Source of the DNA: an uncultured Bacillota bacterium
GTDB lineage: Bacteria; Sysuimicrobiota; Sysuimicrobiia; Sysuimicrobiales; Segetimicrobiaceae
Direction: 5' to 3'
DNA: 64,000 nucleotides
Assembly (NCBI GenBank): GCA_963804645.1
Contig: CAWDRG010000015.1
Location: 96,001 to 160,000, forward strand
Part shown: piece by piece, positions 55,022 to 64,000 of the stretch
How the letters are laid out: every line of letters begins with the position of its first letter
How positions within the stretch are numbered: position 1 is the stretch's first letter
Translations under genes and position numbers: made by a program
Notes under the pieces: generated by a model
The model's input: the letters and a program-made list of their open reading frames with translations, nothing else
Told to the model about the DNA's origin: nothing
Database searches by the model: none

Positions 55022-58000
55022 ATGATGATCGAAGGGTTCAATCCCGGTGGGCTCAAGACGCAGTCCAACATCTTCGTCGCGCCCGACGGCTACATGTACT
55101 TTCAGGGCACTGATCACGCGGTCTGGCGTGTGAACATCGCCGATGCGAGTGACCGGACCAACTTCGGCGGTCCCAACACCATCAAGACGCAGTCCAACAT
55201 TTGCGTCGGGCCGGACGGCTATATGTACTTTCAGGGAACCGATCAGGCAGTCTGGCGCATGAGTCCAACGAATCCCAGCGATCGGACCAACTTCGGCGGG
55301 CCCAACACGATCAAGACGCAGTCCGACATCTTCGTTGCGCACGACGGCTACATGTACTTTCAGGGGACCGATCACGCGGTCTGGCGCATGAGTCCGACGA
55401 ATCCCAGCGACCGGACGAACTTCGGCGGCCCCAATGTCATCAAAACGCAGTCCGATATCTTCGTCGCGCACGACGGCTATATGTACTTTCAGGGGACCGA
55501 TCACGCGGTCTGGCGCATGAGTCCGACGAATCCCAGCGACCGGACGAACTTCGGCGGCCCCAATATCATCAAGACGCAGTCCAACATTTGCGTGGGGCCG
55601 GACGGCTACATGTACTTTCAGGGAACCGACCAGGCGGTCTGGCGCATGAGCCCGACGAATCCGAGCGACCGGACGAATTTTGGCGGTCCGAACGTGATCA
55701 AAACGCAGTCCGACGTATTGGTCGCGACCGACGGCTATATGTACTTTCGAGGCACCGACGATAAGGTCTGGCGCGTCAACGTCGCCAACGCAAGCGACCG
55801 GACGAATCCGGGCGGGTTCACGACGACGTCCAACGTGCTCTGCGCCGGCGGGTGCATGTACTTCCAGGGGACCGATCAGAAGGTGTGGCAGTTCTACTTT
55901 GTCGATGGGCCGCTGCAGGCCTATGCCCACGCCGCGGCCGAGACGCTGCAGGGCTGGTACAACTGGAACGAGGACCTCTTGGGGAAAAACGCGGGGTTGT
56001 GGCAGGGGACCGGGTGGTGGAATTCGGCCAACGCGCTGAATGCGTTGATTGACTACATGACCATCACGAAAACCCGCAGCTACGTGGACGTGGTCGTCAA
56101 CACCTTCAACAACTGCAAGAGCAACAACTTTCTCAACGGGTATTACGACGACGAGGGATGGTGGGCGCTCACGTGGATCAACGCCTACGATCTGACGCAG
56201 GACACGCGCTACTTGGACATGGCCAAGACCATCTTCCAGGACATCACCGGCGGGTGGGGCGAGCCCTGCGGCGGCGGCGTGTGGTGGGACAAGAGCCACA
56301 CGTACAAGAATGCGATTGCCAACGAGCTGTTCTTGACCATCGCCGTGCGTCTCTACCTGCGCACCACGACGCAGGCGTACTTGGATTGGGCGACGCGCGA
56401 ATGGGCATGGTTCCAGCAGAGCAAGATGATCAATCCGCAGCACCTGGTCAACGACGGGCTGACCGTGCTTGCCGCGAGCAACACCTGCACCAATAACGGG
56501 AAACAAGGCTGGACCTACAACCAGGGTGTCATCCTCGGCGGTCTTGTCGACCTGTCCTTAGCCATGCACGACGGCGCCTATCTCGCGGTCGCCCGGGAGA
56601 TTGCGAACGCCGCCATCGCCGCGCTGGGAAACGCGCAGGGCATTCTGACCGAGCCGGGATCGGGCGGCCCGGATCTTCCCCAGTTCAAGGGCATTTTCAT
56701 GCGCAATCTGGCCTACCTCTACAGTTTCGACGGCCAACCCAACCATTTGACGTTCATACAGAAGAACGCGCAATCGCTCTTGCAGTATGATCGCACCCTC
56801 TCCAACCAGTTCGGCTATGCCTGGGCGGGGCCGTTCGATACGGCGGATGCCGCTCGGCAAACGTCGGCCCTCGACGCGCTGAATGCGGCGATGCGAGTGT
56901 CGTCGCCCGAGGAGGACGGATCGATGGTGGTCGCGCGCACCCCACAGCACATGGACGTGTTCTGGGTGCACCCGGACGGCTCGATCAATTCGACGTGGTG
57001 GGACGCGAACGCGGCGGGCGGCGCGTGGGACCCCGCCCGCGTCTTCGCCGCGACGGCGCCGGGCAAGGCGGCCGGCGGCTGGGTGAGCGTGGTCGCCCGC
57101 ACGCCCGATCACATGGATCTATTCTGGGTGCACCCGGACGGCTCGATCAATTCGACGTGGTGGGACGCGAACGTGGCGGGCGGCGCGTGGGACCCTACGC
57201 GCGTCTTCGCCGCGACGGCGCCGGGCCAGGCGGCCGGCGGCTGGGTGAGCGTGGTGGCCCGTACGCCCGATCACATGGATCTATTCTGGGTGCACCCGGA
57301 CGGCTCGATCAACTCGACGTGGTGGGACGCGAACGTGGCGGGCGGCGCGTGGGACCCCGCCCGCGTGTTCGCCGCGACGGCGCCGGGCGCAGGCGGCCGG
57401 CGGGGGAGTGAGCGTGGTCGCCCGCACGCCCGATCACATGGATGTGTTCTGGGTGCACCCGGACGGCTCGATCAATTCGACGTGGTGGGACGCGAACGTG
57501 GCGGGCGGCGCGTGGGACCCGGCCCGCGTCTTCGCCGCGACGGCGCCGGGCCAGGCGCTCGCGGGGCCGCTTGGGCTGGTCGCGCGCGCGTCGACGCACA
57601 TGGACGTGTTCTGGGTGCACCCGGACGGCTCGATCAACTCGACGTGGTGGGACGCGAACGTGGCGGGCGGCGCATGGGACCCCGCCCGCGTCTTCGCCGC
57701 GACCGCGCCGGGCGCAGCGGCCGGCGGGGGAGTGAGCGTGGTCGCCCGCACGCCCGATCACATGGACGTGTTCTGGGTGCACCCGGACGGTTCGATCAAT
57801 TCGACGTGGTGGGACGCGAACGTGGCGGGCGGCGCGTGGGACCCCGCCCGCGTCTTCGCCGCGACGGCGCCGGGCCAGGCGCTCGTGGGGCCGCTTGGGC
57901 TGGTCGCGCGCGCGTCGACGCACATGGACGTGTTCTGGGTGCACCCGGACGGCTCGATCAACTCGACGTGGTGGGACGCGAACGTGGCGGGCGGCGCGTG

Positions 58001-58052
58001 GGATCCTACCCGCGTCTTCGCCGCCACGAATCCGGGCGCGGCAGTTCCGTGA
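55022..58052 (+). CDS. modular protein: 7-repeat propeller - GH76 - 7-repeat lectin-like propeller (apparent +1 frameshift at ~57392)
   Basis: GH76 motifs WW..AN, YYDDEGWW, CGGG.WW, YKNAI.NEL, DG, WTYNQG and FKGIF.R. Repeats flank it on both sides; the C-terminal repeats continue in the 57408..58052 frame. GGAG RBS. Confidence 0.85.
55055..55895 (+). repeat. 129-bp (43-aa) tandem repeats, 6 near-full units + 1 degenerate
   Basis: KTQS codons start at 55055, 55184, 55313, 55442, 55571 and 55700. The motif (G/C)xMYF(Q/R)GTDxxVW occurs 7 times. Confidence 0.92.
56921..58049 (+). repeat. 162-bp (54-aa) tandem repeats, 7 units
   Basis: cacatgga occurs at 56948, 57110, 57272, 57435, 57597, 57759 and 57921 (spacing 162, with one spacing of 163). 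The core HMD(V/L)FWVHPDGSINSTWWDAN is nearly invariant. Confidence 0.93.
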
Positions 58053-58153
58053 GCTGGTGTGGTCGGCGCGACTTCTCCATCACTCGTTCGACATGCAATA
58101 CGCACGCCCGTGCGAGTCACGGACACGCGCGCGCCGCCCTGAAGAGCGCTTTC

Positions 58154-58182
58154 TTGACAGCCCAGGGGCCGTGGACTACCCT
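58154..58182 (+). promoter_or_regulatory. sigma70-type promoter TTGACA-17-TACCCT
   Basis: Perfect -35, 17-nt spacer and TAnnnT -10 upstream of the DUF4149-lipB-desuccinylase cluster. Confidence 0.65.
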
Positions 58183-58343
58183 AACCCTCGCACGCGCCGT
58201 GTGCATCGACGGAGCGACAGGGCGTGCCGCGACGTTCTCTCCGAGGATGCCGCATCCCGCGCAGGAGTGAACCTGATGCCGGTTGCCGACTCACCCGCAC
58301 GTGCCCGAACGTCCGACCCGCAGGGTGACCGCCGGAGCTTCCG

Positions 58344-58796
58344 ATGATCGCGTTCGCGACGATCGTCCGCACGCTCGCGGTGGCGCTCTGGATCGGCGGC
58401 ATGGCGGCGCTCGACTTCCTGGATGCCCCCGCGCGGTTTGCGCTGCTCAACCGGAACGATGCGGTCCGGGTCGGTCAAGCGCTGTTCGAACGCTTCAATC
58501 GCGTGGAGGTGGCGCTGGCGGTGATCGCGCTCGCCGCCGCGTGGGTCGCGCGCAGCGCCCGCTGGACGATCTGGCTCACGGTCCTCATGCTCGTCCTGAT
58601 CGTGGTGCAGGCCACGTATCTGACGCCCGGGATCTCGCACCTCGCGCAGGGACTCGACTTCGTCCACCGCGTGCCGGGCGACCCGCGCTACGCCGCGATC
58701 CAGCCGCTCCATACCGCCTACGCCGTGCTCGAGGTCGTGATCTTTGTGGCCGGCGTCGTCGTGCTGGCCGCGTGGGCGCGCGGCGCGCGGGACTGA
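58344..58796 (+). CDS. DUF4149/TMEM205-like membrane protein
   Basis: Four hydrophobic helices with W.GG, AP..F, G..F and LH motifs. Confidence 0.78.
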   Translation: MIAFATIVRTLAVALWIGGMAALDFLDAPARFALLNRNDAVRVGQALFERFNRVEVALAVIALAAAWVARSARWTIWLTVLMLVLIVVQATYLTPGISHLAQGLDFVHRVPGDPRYAAIQPLHTAYAVLEVVIFVAGVVVLAAWARGARD

Positions 58797-58797
58797 G

Positions 58798-59493
58798 ATG
58801 CGCGCGATGTGGCTCGTGGACTGCGGCCGGCTGCCGTACGGGGATGCGTGGACGCTGCAGCGCGCCCTGCTCGCGGCGCGACAGGACGACGCGGTGCCCG
58901 ACGTGATGCTGCTGGTGGAACACCCGCCGGTGGTGACCATGGGCCGCGCCGGCCGCACGTCGAACATCCTGGTGCCGCGCGGCCTGCTGGACGCGCGCGG
59001 CATCGATGTCCACCACGTCGAGCGCGGCGGAGACGTCACCTACCACGGTCCGGGGCAACTCGTCGGGTATCCGATCGTGAATCTGCGCGTCCTCAACGAG
59101 GACGTCGTCCGCTACGTGCGCCTGCTGGAGGCGATGCTGATCCGGGCCGTCGCGGCCTGGGGCGTCGAGGGCGAACGACGGCGCGGGTTCCCCGGCGTCT
59201 GGGTCGGTGGCGCGAAGATCGCCGCGATCGGCGTCGCGGTGAAGCGCAAGGTGACGATGCACGGATTCGCGCTCAATGTCGAGCCCGATCTGTCGCATTT
59301 CGAGTTGATCAATCCGTGCGGCCTCGGCATGCCGGTGACGTCGCTCGCGCGGCTGCTCGGCCGATCGGTGTCCATCGGCGAGGTCCGGCCCGTCGTGGCG
59401 CGGACCTTCGCCGAGACGTTCGAGGTGACGTTCGAGCCGGTCGCGCTCGATGACCTCCGCGCCCGGCTGGGCGCGGCGGCTCCGCGCGCCTGA
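58798..59493 (+). CDS. lipB: lipoyl(octanoyl) transferase
   Basis: EHPPV.T.G, RGGDVTYHGPGQLVGYP, KIAAIGV, HGFALN and INPCG motifs. Confidence 0.94.
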   Translation: MRAMWLVDCGRLPYGDAWTLQRALLAARQDDAVPDVMLLVEHPPVVTMGRAGRTSNILVPRGLLDARGIDVHHVERGGDVTYHGPGQLVGYPIVNLRVLNEDVVRYVRLLEAMLIRAVAAWGVEGERRRGFPGVWVGGAKIAAIGVAVKRKVTMHGFALNVEPDLSHFELINPCGLGMPVTSLARLLGRSVSIGEVRPVVARTFAETFEVTFEPVALDDLRARLGAAAPRA

Positions 59494-59512
59494 GACGCAA
59501 GGGGGGATCGTG

Positions 59513-60469
59513 ATGGCCAGCGAGACGTTGACCGTAGGCTCCGCCGCCGCCGCACCCGGCCGCAAGGCGACGGGGCATCTCGAGGTGCCCGGGACATCGA
59601 TCCGGATGCCGGTGACGGTCGTGAACGGGGCGGCGGCGGGTCCGCGCGTCTGCATCACCGCGGGCGTGCACGGCGGCGAGTACCCGGGCATCGAGGCGGC
59701 GATCCGCACCGCCGCGTCGCTCGATCCGGCGCACGTGCGCGGGCAAGTGGTCGTCGTGCACATCGTGGACGTGCCGTCCTTCCAGGCGCGCTCGATCTAC
59801 ATCTGTCCGCTCGACGGCAAGAATCCAAACCGAGTGTTTCCCGGCAACCCGGCGGGCACGGCGAGCGAGCGCCTCGCGCACACGCTGTTCAGCGAGGTGA
59901 TCGCCCGAGCGGATTACTACGTCGACCTGCACGGCGGCGACATCAACGAGGCGCTCGTGCCGTTCACGATCTTACTCGACTCGGGGACGCCAGAGGTCGA
60001 CGCGGCGGCGATGGACCTCGCGCGGGTGTACGGGATCAAGTATGTCGTGCGCGGGCGCGTGTCGGGCGGCACGTATTCTGCGGCGGCGCAGCGGAAGATC
60101 CCGGCGATTCTCGCGGAAGCCGGCGGGCAAGGCCTCCTCGAGCCCGCGGCGCTGGCGCTGCACCTGCGCGGCCTGCAGAACGTCCTCAAGCATCTCAAGG
60201 TCGTCTCCGGCGCGCCCGAGCCGGTGGAGCCGATCGTGCTGCTCGGACCGCTCCACTGGGTGAGTTCTGAACACACGGGATTGTTTTATCCGAATGTGGC
60301 CCCGGGCGACCGGGTCACGCAGGGGCAGCGTGTCGGGGAGATCCGCGACTATTTCGGCGCATCACTTGCGGAGATTGTGTCCCCGGGGACCGGGATCGTG
60401 CTCTTCACCGTCACGACCCCGGCCACCAATCCCTCGGACCCGCTGTTCGCCGTGGGGGCGCCCGCGTAG
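59513..60469 (+). CDS. succinylglutamate desuccinylase/aspartoacylase (M14-like) family protein
   Basis: AGVHGGEY, N.NRVFPG, DLHGG and E.GG motifs, with a C-terminal biotinyl-like domain. Confidence 0.9.
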   Translation: MASETLTVGSAAAAPGRKATGHLEVPGTSIRMPVTVVNGAAAGPRVCITAGVHGGEYPGIEAAIRTAASLDPAHVRGQVVVVHIVDVPSFQARSIYICPLDGKNPNRVFPGNPAGTASERLAHTLFSEVIARADYYVDLHGGDINEALVPFTILLDSGTPEVDAAAMDLARVYGIKYVVRGRVSGGTYSAAAQRKIPAILAEAGGQGLLEPAALALHLRGLQNVLKHLKVVSGAPEPVEPIVLLGPLHWVSSEHTGLFYPNVAPGDRVTQGQRVGEIRDYFGASLAEIVSPGTGIVLFTVTTPATNPSDPLFAVGAPA

Positions 60470-60568
60470 AGGGGATCCCCGGCCGTCCCGTCCCTCCGAC
60501 AAATGCGCGGGCCGGCGCCGCCTAGGGCCCCGGCCCGCGCACCGTTCGCGGTTCCGCGTCGTGCGGCG

Positions 60569-61051
60569 CTAGATCGGTTCCTCGTCGTCCTCGTCTTCGA
60601 GTTCAAACTCCTCCTCGTCGTCGTCGACGGCGGGAAGGCTCCACAGCGGCTCCTGCTGCGCCTCCTGCGGTGGAACCGCGGCGCCAAACAGGTCCACCTG
60701 CTCGCGGGTGGACGGTTCCGCCGGCGCGGGCCGGGGCGCGGGTTTTCGCGGCGCAGCGGCAGCCGTCGTGCGGCTGCTCGTCTTCTTCCGCTGCGCGGCC
60801 AGCGCGATCGTCGCCAGTGCCATGGTTTTCTTCTTCGCGGCGGTGCCTTTCTTGGCTGTGGTCCGCGCCGGGGCGCGACCCTTCGCGTTCGACCGCGTCG
60901 CCGCGCGGCTCGAGGCCTTCACGCGGCGCTTCGGGGGTTTGGCCGCGGCCCGACGCGGAGCCGCTTTCTTGACTGCCTTTCGCGGTGCCGTGCGCCGCTT
61001 GGCGGAGCTGGATTTCGCCCGCGAGTTTCGCTGCACCGCTCGTCTTGCCAT
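60569..61051 (-). CDS. histone H1-like Lys/Arg/Ala-rich protein with acidic tail
   Basis: MARRAVQRNSRAKSSSAKRR...AKKGTAAKKK...DDDEEEFELEDEDDEEPI. An AAAGGGG RBS-like sequence lies upstream. Confidence 0.72.
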   Translation of the reverse strand: MARRAVQRNSRAKSSSAKRRTAPRKAVKKAAPRRAAAKPPKRRVKASSRAATRSNAKGRAPARTTAKKGTAAKKKTMALATIALAAQRKKTSSRTTAAAAPRKPAPRPAPAEPSTREQVDLFGAAVPPQEAQQEPLWSLPAVDDDEEEFELEDEDDEEPI

Positions 61052-61296
61052 TCTGGGCGCCCCTTTCCCGGTTGGGAACCTGTCCCCACCGGCTGGAATC
61101 GGGCCCCCCTTCGACGGCCGCCGCATCCTTCTCCTCTCTGTCTCGGCGCCGCCCCCGGGGCCTGCCCGGCGGGCCGCCGGCACCGCCGCGCGGCCGACCG
61201 AGGCAGGAGTTCGGCGCCGTTCGACGAAGGGGGGCTGGGTGTTCGGCGGGACCGCATACATCGCACATTTACGTCGAAGTAGCTGTTGAGGCACGG

Positions 61297-62484
61297 ATGC
61301 GAGAGACATCCCGGACACTGGTGTGCGCATGGCTGGCGGCCGCGTTATTCGTGGCCGGCCCGGCGAGTGGCGCATCTCCCCAACATGCGGCGCCTCCCAA
61401 GCCGCATTCCCCGACCGCGCACCCCTCGTTGGTGGCATCGGAGCAGTCGAAGCTCGCCGCGGTGCAGCAGCAGCTCGCCGAGCGGGAGCGGGAGCTCGCG
61501 AAGACGCGCGTCGTGGAACGCCAGGCGCTCACCCAGCTTTCGTGGGCCCAGGACCGGCTCGACCGCGCAAAGGTGAACCTCAAGCAGACGACGGGCGCGC
61601 TTGTCGGTACGCGGCAGGCGGTGGTCGGGGCCACCCGCGCGCTCCGGGCCGTGTCGGCGCGCCTCGAGACGCACGAAGCGATGATGGACGCCCGCCTCCG
61701 CGCCTCGTACGAGCGCGGCTCCCTCGGCTACCTGGACGTGGTGCTCGGCGCCACTAACTTCCGAGATTTTGTCACGCGCTCGTACCTCCTCGGCGTCATC
61801 ATCACCAGCGACCTGCGCCTGTACGAGCAGGTAGGGGCTGAGCGGCAGCAGCAGAGCGTCGTGCGCGAGACCCTCGCCGAGCGCGAACAGCGCCTCGCCG
61901 CGCAGCAGGAGCGCTGGCGCGTCAGCCGCGACCAGATCGCGCAGCTGGCGGAGGCCCGGGCCGATGTCGTCGCACGCGTGCGCGCGCAGCGGCTGGCGGA
62001 GGAAGAAGCGGTCCGCGAACTCGAGACCGAGTCCGTCCAGATCGCCAGAATCATCCAGCAGGCCACGCACGGCGGTCACGTCGGCCCGGTGCCGACGCTC
62101 GCCGGCGGCGCGCTGCTGTGGCCGGTGGAAGGGCGGATCAGTTCGCCGTACGGCTGGCGCGTGCATCCGATCTTCCGCACGCGCGAGTTCCATACCGGCA
62201 TCGACATCGCCGTCCCGTGGGGGACTCCGATTCATGCCGCGGCGGCGGGGACGGTGATCTTTACGGGGTGGATGCGCGGGTACGGGATGCTGGTGATTCT
62301 CGATCACGGCAACGGGCTCTCAACGACCTACTCCCACCTGTCGTCGTATCTCGTCCACGTCGGCGAACACGTTGACCGCGGCCAGGAGATCGCGAAGATC
62401 GGCAGCACCGGCTGGAGCACCGGTCCGCACCTGTTCTTCGAGGTGCGCGAGAATGGGCAGCCCGTCAATCCGCTCGGCAACTAA
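61297..62484 (+). CDS. M23 peptidase with coiled-coil (EnvC-like architecture, intact Zn motifs)
   Basis: Signal peptide, coiled coil, then WP..G.ISS.YG.R.HP, HTGIDI, GYG, Y.HL and STGPHL motifs. Confidence 0.9.
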   Translation: MRETSRTLVCAWLAAALFVAGPASGASPQHAAPPKPHSPTAHPSLVASEQSKLAAVQQQLAERERELAKTRVVERQALTQLSWAQDRLDRAKVNLKQTTGALVGTRQAVVGATRALRAVSARLETHEAMMDARLRASYERGSLGYLDVVLGATNFRDFVTRSYLLGVIITSDLRLYEQVGAERQQQSVVRETLAEREQRLAAQQERWRVSRDQIAQLAEARADVVARVRAQRLAEEEAVRELETESVQIARIIQQATHGGHVGPVPTLAGGALLWPVEGRISSPYGWRVHPIFRTREFHTGIDIAVPWGTPIHAAAAGTVIFTGWMRGYGMLVILDHGNGLSTTYSHLSSYLVHVGEHVDRGQEIAKIGSTGWSTGPHLFFEVRENGQPVNPLGN

Positions 62485-62653
62485 GAACCTATCCCAAAAA
62501 CCTCCGAAGCCAATACTACGACGAGACTTTCGATCGCTACCCTTGAGATTGCGGATAACGATCCTAGTAGCCCGTTACCCGCTTCAACAATCTTCCCAAG
62601 TGCATGCGGCGATTCCGAGGCGGACTCCCGGGCCCGTAGGCCTCGCCGACACG

Positions 62654-63310
62654 TCATGGGCGATTGACATCATTATCCAAGAGTCCGGCACGGATGCCCA
62701 GGATGGCGGCCTGCGTGCGGTCGGCGACACCCAACTTGCTGAGGATTGTGCTGACGTAATTGCGTATCGTTCCCTCCGAGAGGTGGATGCGCGCGGCGAT
62801 GTCTGCGTTGGAAAGCCCCTCCGCCAACAGCGCAAGCACCTCACGTTCACGCTCGCTCAGCTCCGCTAGGGGCATCGTGTTTGTCGGAGCGGTCCGCGCG
62901 ATCCGTGCGAAGACTTTCCCCGCGACCTTCGGGTGCACCGGCGTCTGCCCGGCCGCGACTGCTCGGATCGCGGCAATGAGGTCCTCGGCCGGAGTATCTT
63001 TGAGCACGTACCCGGCCGCACCGCTGCGGATGGCGTCGAAAACCCATTCGTCGTCATCGTAGGTTGTCAGGACGAGGACCCGTACCTTCGGGTGACCTTC
63101 GCGGATCCGCCGCGTCGCCTCAACCCCGTTCAGGCCGGGCATCTTGAGATCCATGAGGATCACGTGCGGCTGAGCCGCGGGGAGCAGGGCCAGGACCTGG
63201 GCACCGTCCTGCGCGGTGCCCACAATCTCAATCTCGGGCACCTCGTTTAGGATGACCCGCAGACCCTCGCGGACGACCTCCTGATCATCGCAAATCAGCA
63301 CGCGAATCAT
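62654..63310 (-). CDS. NarL/LuxR family response regulator
   Basis: DD, MDLKMP, LTT, GY.LK and LSEREREVL..LA.G.SN..IA...T..N.V..IL.KL motifs. Confidence 0.94.
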   Translation of the reverse strand: MIRVLICDDQEVVREGLRVILNEVPEIEIVGTAQDGAQVLALLPAAQPHVILMDLKMPGLNGVEATRRIREGHPKVRVLVLTTYDDDEWVFDAIRSGAAGYVLKDTPAEDLIAAIRAVAAGQTPVHPKVAGKVFARIARTAPTNTMPLAELSEREREVLALLAEGLSNADIAARIHLSEGTIRNYVSTILSKLGVADRTQAAILGIRAGLLDNDVNRP

Positions 63311-64000
63311 GCCGGGATCGGAAGAATCAGATTGAGTGAGGTGGGGCCGCCGAGCCTGCTTCTGATCTCAACGGAGCCGCCGAGCATCTCAGCCCGCTCG
63401 TGCATGCCCCTCACTCCCAGATGGTTTCCGCCATCGAGCGCGGCGGGATCGAACCCGCGACCGTCGTCCACGACCGTCAACCGAAGGTTGGCTCCGACTC
63501 GTTCAAGCGCGACGGTAATGGACTTGGCGTCCGCGTGGCGGGCGACGTTCTCGAGGGCTTCCTGCGCCACCCGGTAGACGGACTGCTCGATCTCCGGTTG
63601 AAAGCGGGGTCCCGGTTCGATGGTTCGCACCGTCATCGCCGCGCCCGTTCGCGCGGCGACGGATTCCGCCAGCCGACGCAGCGCCAGCGGCAACCCCAGT
63701 TCGTCGAGCGGCGAGGCGCGTAAGTCGTGCAGGGCACGCCGTGCGTCGGCCACGCCGGTTCGCGTCGTCATCAGCGCCCGGTCCAGCAGGCCGCGCGCCA
63801 CACGCGGATCTGTGTCCCATACGGATCGCACCGCCTCGAGTTGGATGGCCAGTGCGCTCAGCGTGTGGGCGAGCGTATCGTGGAGCTCGCGGGCCAGGCG
63901 ATTTCGTTCCGCCGCGGTCGCCAGTTGCTCCACGGTGGCCGCGTGTCGCGCCAGCTGCTCGTTTTGCCGCAGCAGCGCGCGGCGTCGTTCCTGTCCAGCC
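63307..64000 (-). CDS. HisKA_3 (NarX-type) sensor histidine kinase (partial, 5' end beyond window)
   Basis: ERNRLARELHD, QEAL.N..RH, DDG.GF and G..GM.ER motifs. The open frame continues to the window end. Confidence 0.92.
   Translation of the reverse strand, partial: AGQERRRALLRQNEQLARHAATVEQLATAAERNRLARELHDTLAHTLSALAIQLEAVRSVWDTDPRVARGLLDRALMTTRTGVADARRALHDLRASPLDELGLPLALRRLAESVAARTGAAMTVRTIEPGPRFQPEIEQSVYRVAQEALENVARHADAKSITVALERVGANLRLTVVDDGRGFDPAALDGGNHLGVRGMHERAEMLGGSVEIRSRLGGPTSLNLILPIPA

Noticed and set aside
24855..57400. Programmed ribosomal frameshifting at the three +1 sites
   Set aside because: No slippery heptamer or shared stimulatory element is evident, and the genes are unrelated. 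Consensus error is more parsimonious.
55055..58049. Repeat arrays as CRISPR or DGR template/variable repeats
   Set aside because: The units are in-frame coding multiples of 3 with no unique spacers. There are no cas or reverse transcriptase genes, and the differences are not adenine-specific.

Overview
High-GC (visibly about 70%) bacterial chromosomal window, densely coding, with about 63 CDS. I found no tRNA, rRNA or CRISPR array. It is unusually rich in peptidase/amidohydrolase genes (M28 x2, M42, M20 x2, an M16 pair, M17, S41, M14-like, M23). The best candidate for an undescribed system is a ~13 kb locus of two convergent operons (5.8-19.0 kb). The + operon encodes a Tat-exported peptide-binding protein, two permeases, a CapA-like hydrolase and an M28 peptidase. 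The - operon encodes an M42 peptidase, a GNAT acyltransferase, an NSAR/OSBS racemase, a second M28 and an F420-type LLM oxidoreductase. Both M28 paralogs replace the canonical Glu-Glu active-site motif with His-Ser (GHSHGRYAGS), which suggests a variant D-amino-acid/D-peptide salvage pathway. Other highlights: (1) a signal-less GH76 enzyme flanked by two recently amplified 7-repeat propeller/lectin-like arrays (129-bp and 162-bp units); (2) an unannotated ~216-nt rod-shaped RNA resembling 6S RNA; (3) a PEP-CTERM protein; (4) a tail-to-tail pair of active and degenerate polysaccharide deacetylases; (5) an anti-sigma factor with a duplicated membrane segment next to an S41 protease; (6) a LemA-TPM-TPM-LemA operon; (7) an H1-like basic protein with an acidic tail; (8) a decayed IS1634 element. 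Three otherwise intact genes each carry a single extra base, most likely sequencing/assembly errors. All family calls come from motif recognition by eye; no database searches were run.
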